A program made the position numbers and the translations under genes. From positions 1 through 8,739 of the IMG/VR virus record IMGVR_UViG_2681813233_000012: a DNA stretch of 8,739 bases; one strand, written 5' to 3'. Positions within the stretch are counted from its first letter, which is position 1. Every line of letters starts with the position of its first letter. This DNA comes from a virus. Taxonomy: Duplodnaviria; Heunggongvirae; Uroviricota; Caudoviricetes. The notes beneath the pieces are model-generated. The model saw only the letters and a list, made by a program, of their open reading frames with translations. It was not told the DNA's origin and ran no database searches. Positions 1-7,110 of this stretch are shown one piece after another.

Positions 1-39
1 TAAGTTGGAGTCATTACCGACGATGTTGACGGGCAGGAG

Positions 40-1866
40 ATGCCAGGGCCCAACGAAAGCGACAATTTCCCAGTAGAATCTGCGACGGCAAATACCGTAG
101 TAAGTGGTGATTATGCTGGAGGCCAGATAGCGATGAAAATCGTCAAGCAGGCTGAGTTCGACTACTTCATGGGGCTCGTGCTACCGCATTCTGTCACCTT
201 TACAATTAATGTCACCTACAACACTACATCGGGCAGCGTTACAGAAGATGTGCTTTTCTCAGGTACGCTGATTTCTGCTGTAGAGAGTGATGATGGTTCC
301 TTGATAGACCATGTTCAGTGGTACACGTTCACCATGACAGATTTGCAGGGACCGCCAACAGTTCCATCTACTGCCACCATTAACACGACAAAATTCATTC
401 TCAATGATAACGAGGCGCTTGTTGTGGGGCCTTTCTTCTCGCCTGTTGAGTCAACTGAGCTGTGGCTGCATACACAGTCATCACTTGGTGGCGGTAACTG
501 GACGGACTGGACGGTAACAATCTGGAAAATTGACGACGATTACAATCAGATCCCCGGAACTCAGCAGGCCTTCACCTATCATCAGGGAACGCCGCATAAG
601 TCGACCAGCGAAGTGTTTTATCGCACCGATAAAATAATTCCAGCAGGAGGGTTTGGTAAATACGCCATCAACTTCCAGCGTACAAACAACTCCAATGATG
701 CCTCTATCCTGAAGGTCGAAGAGATTCACGCCGTTAATATTCGCAGCAATGTGGTTCACCCGACTGATACGCTTGTTCGTGTGAAGGTCAGGGCGACAGA
801 GAATGCACTGGGTAGCCGTGACCGCAAATACAACGCCATGGTGACTCGCCACACCATCAGTTACAACCTGACGACACAGTCCGTGGATTACACATTACGG
901 CCGTCTCGGTCGTTTGCTGACGCGGTGGCGCATACCTGGCTTGTAATGGGAGGCCAACCAGAAAACAGTATTGATCTGTACGGCCTGTACTCTATCGTGG
1001 AAAGCCTGCCTGATGAGCGGCTGGGCTACTTCGACTACACGTTTGACGATGAGAACGACTCACTTGGTGACAGGGTGCAGGCGATCTGCAATGCAGCATC
1101 CGTCATGGCGTACTGGGATGACGGTGTGCTGACATTCACCCGCGACCAGAAGGTTGATTATCCTGCTGCTGTATTCAACCGGGCCAACATGAAGACAGAC
1201 GAGTACAAAATTACGTACGAAGCCACTCTTCCCGGAGGTTACGACGGCGTTCAGGTCTCCTACGTTCATCCGACTACGAATAACAAGACGTACATCAACT
1301 ACCGCGTTCTGAACGGCGTTATCGTCGAGCAGGAAGCTGAGAACCCAAACAAGCTTGAGATAGTAGGATTCCGTAACGAGTACCAGGCTCGTGAGCGAGC
1401 GTTACGCGAAACAAAGCGGCTTATCTACTCCCGGGTGAAGATGAATGCCAAGGTATTTGAGGACGGGATTATCCAGGTGGGCAGCGTTATCCAGATGCCG
1501 GATATCTACGACAGCAACCAGCAGCAGGGTTACATCACCGGCCGCACTGGGAATAACTTCGATACGAGCGAACCAATCAAGTTTACCGGAACGATGTATG
1601 TTCTGGTTACTGACAGCTTGGGCAATCCAACACTGCGTTATCCGGCAACGGCCCGCAGCGACACGAAATATGGATTTACTGCAGCAATACCCACCATTCA
1701 GCTCAACATATGGAACGGAGACACTGTGCAGCTCCCGTCGCGCTATCTCATAGCGACCGTAGAAGAGTTAGATAGTCAATTATGGACAGTCAACAGCATC
1801 AAACCGAACACTGACAATACGGTATCCCTGATCGTCGCAGAGTACAGCGACTCAGTCTACGGATAG
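40..1866 (+). CDS. Phage virion structural protein, 608 aa (tail-associated or ejection-type protein; family not recognised)
   Basis: Long uninterrupted ORF with ATG at 40 and an in-frame TAA at 1..3 just upstream, so the ORF is complete. AGGAG lies immediately 5' of the ATG. The protein is Thr/Asn/Ser-rich and beta-like, and sits directly upstream of the tailspike gene. Product assignment is by position and composition only. Confidence 0.8.
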   Translation: MPGPNESDNFPVESATANTVVSGDYAGGQIAMKIVKQAEFDYFMGLVLPHSVTFTINVTYNTTSGSVTEDVLFSGTLISAVESDDGSLIDHVQWYTFTMTDLQGPPTVPSTATINTTKFILNDNEALVVGPFFSPVESTELWLHTQSSLGGGNWTDWTVTIWKIDDDYNQIPGTQQAFTYHQGTPHKSTSEVFYRTDKIIPAGGFGKYAINFQRTNNSNDASILKVEEIHAVNIRSNVVHPTDTLVRVKVRATENALGSRDRKYNAMVTRHTISYNLTTQSVDYTLRPSRSFADAVAHTWLVMGGQPENSIDLYGLYSIVESLPDERLGYFDYTFDDENDSLGDRVQAICNAASVMAYWDDGVLTFTRDQKVDYPAAVFNRANMKTDEYKITYEATLPGGYDGVQVSYVHPTTNNKTYINYRVLNGVIVEQEAENPNKLEIVGFRNEYQARERALRETKRLIYSRVKMNAKVFEDGIIQVGSVIQMPDIYDSNQQQGYITGRTGNNFDTSEPIKFTGTMYVLVTDSLGNPTLRYPATARSDTKYGFTAAIPTIQLNIWNGDTVQLPSRYLIATVEELDSQLWTVNSIKPNTDNTVSLIVAEYSDSVYG

Positions 1867-1888
1867 AACCTAATCCGAATATCACAAT

Positions 1889-1911
1889 CCGGCCACTGAG
1901 CCGGTTTTTTT
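1889..1911 (+). terminator. Rho-independent terminator candidate (CCGGC / GCCGG stem, 6-nt loop, T7 tract)
   Basis: CCGGC at 1889..1893 pairs with GCCGG at 1900..1904, followed by TTTTTTT at 1905..1911, 23 nt after the stop of the 40..1866 ORF. Confidence 0.55.
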
Positions 1912-1922
1912 ATGGAAAAATT

Positions 1923-4298
1923 ATGGCCACCCAACCAACAAATAACGCAGTGCCAAGCGAATCACCCCGTGATCTGAAGTTTAACGCGGGGAAAATTGAT
2001 GAGTTCGTTACGTCTGAGAATCATGATTATGTTGACAGATTTGGCAATAAACATCGTACAATTGAAGGCATAAATTACGATTCGAACCAGGCAATTCTGA
2101 ATTATGGCTATATCACGAAGGATTCTTTTGAAGATGGCAGCACCATTAGCCTTGCTAACGAGTGCTTACGCTGGAAGAGCAACGGCGAGTACTACAGATG
2201 GGATGGGTCACTCCCCAAAGTAGTTCCCCCTGGCTCTACTCCGGAAGGCACTGGTGGGCTAGGGAAAGGTAAGTGGGTTGGTGTCGGAGATGCATCTTTG
2301 CGATCGGCAATGAAGAATGAGAATGGTACTGATTTAATTAATGGAACAAAATCTGTTGTTGGGTCAGTTACAAGATCACTAACAGATATGTTGTCAGACA
2401 AGATATCCGTGCGGGATTTTGGCGGAATTGATGACTATGATGGAACAAATGCATCAACATGCACTAACAACAGAATTCCATTTCAACGGTATTTTGAATA
2501 TCTTAATTCAATTGGCGGTGGCGATCTAAATATTCCACGTAAATTAACCGGGAAATATTTTATTAGTGGTGATGACCACACACAAGTTACCTCTAAAGTT
2601 CGTTTAAATACTGACGAAGGTGTATCTATACATCTTGATTTCTCTGGAGGTGCTTCAAATACTCCATTTGCCAATCTCGATTTAAGGGCATCGAGCCAGA
2701 TAAAGATTGAGTATGTTAATTTTGGTTATCCGTCATATGTTGGTGGTAGCGTAGACACGCCATTTAGTGACTCTTTGCAAACCATGAACAATGGTGATGG
2801 TATTTACACGGTGCCAGAAGTACTATCAGGTAGTGATTTTAAAGTCATTTCATTGGGAAATAGCTCTGTTGAAATACCACCGTTATCAACATCCGGAGAT
2901 ACAATCTCTTTTAATGGCGGAGGGGTTCCAACTGCAGCAGTCATCAGCGTGACTCCTGGTGACGAAATTATGGCGTTAATAGGCTCGAATTCGCTTGGGG
3001 GAATTATTGCCGGTGTCGTCACGGTTAATGGCTATGCTTATGTTTCTCAAGATACTTCTAGTGGTAATATTACCCTTGCAGAAGGCACGATAGGGCAGCC
3101 AAATATACTAACTGGTCTTAATTATGCTCTCATGGATCAGCTAAGAGATCGGTTTGACCGTGCTATCATAACAGTAAAAATTACTTCATCGAGAACCTTT
3201 ACCGTTATGGCTAACGGTCTGGCAATATGCAGTCATACCACCAGGTCTAGTATTCTTGGCGCTTGTCTTGGTACTTCCGACATTAATAGTATTGTGAATG
3301 TATCACAAATGTCTCGAGTTAGAGGGCATAGTTTTTCCGGGTCCAAGCCTTTGAGGATATTGGTTTGCGGAGATTCAATTACCGATCAAAATAATCAATA
3401 TTCATGGGCCAAATATCTCCAGATGCAGTTGGGCTCAGCTGGCGTTAACATTGCAGAGATAAATAATTTAGCAGTGGCTGGACAGACAGCGGCCCAACAA
3501 CTCAGCATCCTGAAAACTGTTGGTGTAGGATATGATATCTGCCTGATACAGGTTGGTGTAAATGATGTTCAGTTACAGACTCCGGTAGCATCCTTCATTT
3601 CGACAATAAATGAAATGGTCACTTACGCGAAGGGGATTGGAGCATTTCCGATTGTTGGTGTACCCACGGCTTTTTATTCTCTTGCAGAGGCGAATGCTAA
3701 TGGGCAAACGGGAGGGCAAAACACATCAAACAACTCTTCGATAGGGATGTACCGATCGCTTCTTATTCGTGCTGTTGCAGCAGCTGGCGGAATTGTTAAC
3801 CTTGAGCCTATGAAAGGACATGGAGCTATGACGGCTAAGTGGCTGTCACTGAAACCGTATGCCGTCAGCGATAGCATCGTGCTGGACAATATTCACCCCA
3901 CTCCATATGGGTCGATGCTCCTGGCACAAGGATATGCGCGATGCATTCTTGGATGGCTTACTAGGCCTGACATGACACCAACGGAAAGCTTTGAATTTAT
4001 TCCTAGCGGGTGGCTTAGCCCAGGATTTGGCGAAACATCGATCCCTAAAATTAAAGGAAGGGAGTTCTCTGGGTTGATAAGTCTGCATGCAACAAATATC
4101 AATGATGGTTCAGTGGCCTTCACTTTGCCACCATCATTTAAAGTAGATAACGTTAAGATGCTTGCGGTGACAGGGACAAACAGTTCCGGGCTTCCGGTAG
4201 GTGTTTGTAATTTATATGTTGGGACAGACGGGAAGTGTTACTTCTTTAATATTCCAGAAGGAGTTACCCAAGTATCAATGGACGGTGTGGTTTTATAG
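1923..4298 (+). CDS. Tailspike / tail fibre protein with a C-terminal SGNH-hydrolase (polysaccharide esterase) domain, 791 aa
   Basis: N-terminal ~115 aa adaptor-like region, then a segment typical of the start of pectate-lyase-like beta-helix tailspikes (ISVRDFGGIDDYDG...IPRKLTGKYFISGDD). All SGNH blocks are present in order: GDSIT (Ser485, nt 3375..3377), block II Gly in NLAVAGQT (Gly520), GVNDV (Asn547), DNIH (Asp655/His658, nt 3885..3896). A further ~130-aa C-terminal domain follows. Confidence 0.85.
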   Translation: MATQPTNNAVPSESPRDLKFNAGKIDEFVTSENHDYVDRFGNKHRTIEGINYDSNQAILNYGYITKDSFEDGSTISLANECLRWKSNGEYYRWDGSLPKVVPPGSTPEGTGGLGKGKWVGVGDASLRSAMKNENGTDLINGTKSVVGSVTRSLTDMLSDKISVRDFGGIDDYDGTNASTCTNNRIPFQRYFEYLNSIGGGDLNIPRKLTGKYFISGDDHTQVTSKVRLNTDEGVSIHLDFSGGASNTPFANLDLRASSQIKIEYVNFGYPSYVGGSVDTPFSDSLQTMNNGDGIYTVPEVLSGSDFKVISLGNSSVEIPPLSTSGDTISFNGGGVPTAAVISVTPGDEIMALIGSNSLGGIIAGVVTVNGYAYVSQDTSSGNITLAEGTIGQPNILTGLNYALMDQLRDRFDRAIITVKITSSRTFTVMANGLAICSHTTRSSILGACLGTSDINSIVNVSQMSRVRGHSFSGSKPLRILVCGDSITDQNNQYSWAKYLQMQLGSAGVNIAEINNLAVAGQTAAQQLSILKTVGVGYDICLIQVGVNDVQLQTPVASFISTINEMVTYAKGIGAFPIVGVPTAFYSLAEANANGQTGGQNTSNNSSIGMYRSLLIRAVAAAGGIVNLEPMKGHGAMTAKWLSLKPYAVSDSIVLDNIHPTPYGSMLLAQGYARCILGWLTRPDMTPTESFEFIPSGWLSPGFGETSIPKIKGREFSGLISLHATNINDGSVAFTLPPSFKVDNVKMLAVTGTNSSGLPVGVCNLYVGTDGKCYFFNIPEGVTQVSMDGVVL

Positions 4299-4302
4299 TT
4301 CC

Positions 4303-4326
4303 GTGTGGGAGGTCTCCCTCCCACAC
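4303..4326. terminator. 10-bp GC-rich hairpin between convergent genes (candidate bidirectional terminator)
   Basis: GTGTGGGAGG at 4303..4312 is the exact reverse complement of CCTCCCACAC at 4317..4326, with a 4-nt loop. It lies between the tailspike stop (4298) and the stop of the - strand gene (4333). There is no clean U-tract on either side, so terminator function is inferred. Confidence 0.5.
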
Positions 4327-4332
4327 TCACTA

Positions 4333-5412
4333 TTAATTGTAAGGGGTTTCTCTTTCCATTTCTAAAACTATGGCTCTGAAATTTCTATTAAACTCATAAC
4401 CAGGTTTATTATGTAACTCTGCATTTATGCAGTCTCCTAGAAGAGAACTTCTGATTCTAGCACCATACCCATTGGTATGATAAGCAGAGTCCATAAATAA
4501 TTTTCCTCCAAGATTAGACGCGCTTGGTGCGCAAATAACGTTAATACCAGCAACAGAAAGCAAACCCTTAAGTTTCATTAACGACTGCATGGTTTGTCCA
4601 TTATCAGTGTCAAACCCCGGATTTCGCATCGTAACAGGCCATGTAATAAATAATTTCCCACCTTTATTAGAAACAAAATTATTTATTTCCTTGAGTGTTG
4701 TATATGTATGTTCAGATATTTTAGGAATGTCTGAGTTATATGTAAATGTGCCATTATACACAGAATCGTAAACAGTTTTACCGTCAATAAAAACATTGAT
4801 GTCACCGTTTTTATTTAGACTTTTATAACTGTACCCATTATATTCACCATTGGTAGAGTTAAGATGATTGATGACATCACTCAACGGTGAAACCAGGCCT
4901 TTATCTTCTGCATTAAATCCTTCAACTAACCTTTTGGGGCTAACATTCATCATGAACTTTATACGGTTATAAATGTTGATGCTTGATAGGTAATCCTGGC
5001 CCCACCCCAATATATTATTAACAAACCAATCAGTTGGTGCTTCCGTACGTGTGTAGTACTCATACTCAAGCGGCATTACAACGATATCACCATTTTTAAA
5101 ATGCTTTTTTAATTGATAAAAATGATAGTTTATATCTAGCTCTGCATGCGTTGCAATATTTACAACTGGAAGTGATGTTTTATGGGAAATAATTTCACTA
5201 TTTATAGAAAATAAGCTATTCGACCCGCTAGAGATTATTATTTTTTTCCCATTTATCCTGTCAGCGGCAACGCCTTTAAAATCAATTACGTTCTTTAGCC
5301 ACCACCCACCTACAACCTGCTTTCCTTCCTGCATTTTGAAAGCATAAATAAACGTCCCAGCGGCAAATGCAAGTATTGCTAAGAATATAGAGAAGCTGAA
5401 TTTATAATTCAC
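4333..5412 (-). CDS. Membrane-anchored SGNH/DltD-like (PatB/AlgJ-class) protein, predicted periplasmic partner of the upstream MBOAT acyltransferase, 359 aa
   Basis: GTG start at 5410..5412 preceded by AAGGG 6 nt upstream, 9 bp after the MBOAT stop, suggesting an operon. N-terminal hydrophobic anchor (FSIFLAILAFAAGTFIYAF). Ser-rich motif IISSGSNS (res 59..66) near the N-terminus and DSAYH (Asp308/His312) near the C-terminus, the SGNH-like order of nucleophile then Asp/His. Very AT-rich. Confidence 0.6.
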   Translation of the reverse strand: MNYKFSFSIFLAILAFAAGTFIYAFKMQEGKQVVGGWWLKNVIDFKGVAADRINGKKIIISSGSNSLFSINSEIISHKTSLPVVNIATHAELDINYHFYQLKKHFKNGDIVVMPLEYEYYTRTEAPTDWFVNNILGWGQDYLSSINIYNRIKFMMNVSPKRLVEGFNAEDKGLVSPLSDVINHLNSTNGEYNGYSYKSLNKNGDINVFIDGKTVYDSVYNGTFTYNSDIPKISEHTYTTLKEINNFVSNKGGKLFITWPVTMRNPGFDTDNGQTMQSLMKLKGLLSVAGINVICAPSASNLGGKLFMDSAYHTNGYGARIRSSLLGDCINAELHNKPGYEFNRNFRAIVLEMERETPYN

Positions 5413-5421
5413 TGTTCGCCC

Positions 5422-6267
5422 TTAAAAATTGAAGTAAATAAAGGATCCGGGAGCCGCCCCACCCAAGGAAGCAGTCACTGCAATGCAAACGCCAAAGGCA
5501 CACAGGCATGGAGCAAGCAGATTCCACGCTATACCACTCTTATGTTCTTTGGTCATCTCCATGAAAACATTAGAATTTACATTAATTAAGCACGTCATAA
5601 TGGCAATGGCGCAAACAGCTATCATATAGAAACCACCTTTCGATGCCTCATAGAGGAAAGAGTCCGCAAAAGGTTGAGCATATTTAAATCCGGAAACCAA
5701 AGAATCGTAACCAGCAAACATTTTCTTTAGCAAACTAAAAGCATCATTTAAGTTATCTGTTCTGAAGAAAATCCAGGTGATATTCACGTAATTGAATGTT
5801 ATAAACCAACCTACAACGCTCGGCATGCGAAAGCCATTTTGTGACCAATACCTGTGAATGACAAGCCCAGCCCCGTGTAAAGCGCCCCACGCCAAAAAAT
5901 TCCATCCAGCTCCATGCCAGAAACCGCCGATCAAAAACGTCAAAAACAGGTTTAGATATGTGCGTAATACACCATTTCGGTTTCCGCCAAGAGGAATGTA
6001 GACATAATTCCTGAGCCACGTGGAAAGGGTAATGTGCCAGCGTCTCCAGAAATCTTGAAGGTCTGTTGCTATGTATGGTGAATTGAAGTTGATAGGCAGC
6101 ACAACGCCAAACAGAAGGGCCGAGCCAATCGCCATGTCAGTATATCCGGAGAAATCAAAGTATAACTGGATACTGTATGAGAGGCTGGTTATCCATGCCT
6201 CCAAAGCACCAAGGGCTGAGATATTTGCATAACCTTGATCCGCTATAGAGCCAAAATATGAAGACAA
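5422..6267 (-). CDS. MBOAT-family membrane-bound O-acyltransferase (AlgI/DltB/PatA-like), C-terminal portion; the frame is open upstream to 6357
   Basis: Contains the MBOAT signature region: YFDFSGYTDMAIG, FWRRWHITLSTWLRNYVYIPLGGNR and GGFWHGAGWNFLAWGALHG (conserved His). The ORF-track start at 6267 is a TTG; the same frame stays open to a TAA at 6358..6360. Confidence 0.8.
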   Translation of the reverse strand: MSSYFGSIADQGYANISALGALEAWITSLSYSIQLYFDFSGYTDMAIGSALLFGVVLPINFNSPYIATDLQDFWRRWHITLSTWLRNYVYIPLGGNRNGVLRTYLNLFLTFLIGGFWHGAGWNFLAWGALHGAGLVIHRYWSQNGFRMPSVVGWFITFNYVNITWIFFRTDNLNDAFSLLKKMFAGYDSLVSGFKYAQPFADSFLYEASKGGFYMIAVCAIAIMTCLINVNSNVFMEMTKEHKSGIAWNLLAPCLCAFGVCIAVTASLGGAAPGSFIYFNF

Positions 6268-6334
6268 GACAACTTTTTTGAATATTCCGACACTAAATAT
6301 AAATACTGCGGGAACGAAATATTTCCCGAAATAA

Positions 6335-6859
6335 TTATCCCTTGAGTTGGTTTGTAATTACATCATAATTTGTTATCGGGCCAGAGATGAGCTTAGGGAA
6401 AAACAAAATGTAGCAGCAATAATTTAATATTGAAATGTTAGATATCTGTTTTCTATACAAACTAACTGATAAAGAAATCTGCTGAAATGTATAGAAGCTT
6501 ATGGCTAACGGCGCAATAACATTCATGTGGCCTATATTTAGGTTGAAAATACTAGATATGTTACTTGCAAAGAAGTTGCAGTATTTAAAATAACCAAGAG
6601 ATGCCACGTTAAATATAACTGATAATGCTACATATAATTTTGTCTTTTCAGATTTCATCATTGTTAATATTGCGTAGTTTATCAGCATCGATATCAACAA
6701 AAGAGGCAAGAAATTAAATGTGAAAAAAGTATAGAAATACAGGCTAGCGCAACAAATCCACACCTTGGAGAGAGCAATGTTAAATTTTTTCAGGAAAAGG
6801 AATATCAATACCACCAAAGGTAAAAACATTACAGAATATTCTAACGAGTTAAATAACAT
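6335..6859 (-). CDS. MBOAT-family O-acyltransferase, N-terminal portion (same gene as 5422..6267, separated by a frameshift)
   Basis: ATG at 6857..6859 with AAGG/AGGGA upstream. Typical AlgI/DltB N-terminus: multiple TM helices, ISFYTFQQISL and FFPKLISGPI motifs. Ends at TAA 6335..6337 in a frame offset by one from the C-terminal portion. Confidence 0.8.
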   Translation of the reverse strand: MLFNSLEYSVMFLPLVVLIFLFLKKFNIALSKVWICCASLYFYTFFTFNFLPLLLISMLINYAILTMMKSEKTKLYVALSVIFNVASLGYFKYCNFFASNISSIFNLNIGHMNVIAPLAISFYTFQQISLSVSLYRKQISNISILNYCCYILFFPKLISGPITNYDVITNQLKG

Positions 6860-7110
6860 GCCTTATCCCTTATATAAGTTATCAATCAAGTTTAAACCGC
6901 TATCAGAACACCAAATTCGCTTATCCATTCATGAACCTCTTCCACGCGCAATCTGCAACCACACTTAACATCCATGGTATTAACTTTAATTCCTAAAATT
7001 AGTGACATGGAGTTTACCACTACAGAGAAATCTGATCATTACTTGATCGAAAGAAGGGAACGTGGTGCTGTGCGTATACACAGCAATGGTCGGAGAAGCA
7101 TCTCTGATCC
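6860..7110 (-). promoter_or_regulatory. Putative regulatory region of the MBOAT operon (RBS, weak sigma70-like elements, cluster of three GATC sites)
   Basis: Shine-Dalgarno-like AAGG immediately 5' of the ATG. Candidate -35/-10 (TTTAAA / TATATA on the - strand) has sub-optimal spacing. GATC at 7034..7037, 7045..7048 and 7106..7109. No experimental support. Confidence 0.3.

Noticed and set aside
481-1753. ORFs 481..852 (-), 1060..1269 (-) and 1445..1753 (+) inside the 608-aa structural gene
   Set aside because: Fully nested in or antisense to a long well-supported ORF, with low-complexity or Arg/Ser-rich translations and no start context; they are shadow ORFs.
1923-2270. P22-type head-binding domain at the tailspike N-terminus
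   Set aside because: The N-terminal ~115 aa does not resemble the P22/Sf6/HK620 tailspike N-terminus as I recall it, so I did not call the phage P22-like or the 608-aa protein a gp16-type ejection protein despite its similar size.
2192-4123. Six antisense ORFs (63..80 aa) inside the tailspike gene
   Set aside because: All lie antisense within a gene carrying clear SGNH motifs on the + strand; translations are Pro/Ser-rich without motifs; shadow ORFs.
4589-4771. ORF 4589..4771 (+), 60 aa, inside the SGNH-like partner gene
   Set aside because: Antisense to the better-supported - strand gene, with no RBS or motif.
5753-6019. ORF 5753..6019 (-), 88 aa, overlapping the MBOAT C-terminal portion in another frame
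   Set aside because: Out-of-frame overlap with the region encoding the conserved MBOAT His motifs; Trp/Arg-rich translation typical of an off-frame read.
5422-6859. Treating the two MBOAT ORFs as two independent genes
   Set aside because: Together they reconstitute the complete N-to-C motif order of one AlgI/DltB-type protein, separated only by a one-base frame offset within a 20-nt window; a single interrupted gene is the simpler reading.
6765-6968. ORF 6765..6968 (+), 67 aa, overlapping the MBOAT start on the opposite strand
   Set aside because: Overlaps the N-terminus and RBS of the MBOAT gene and has no recognisable features.
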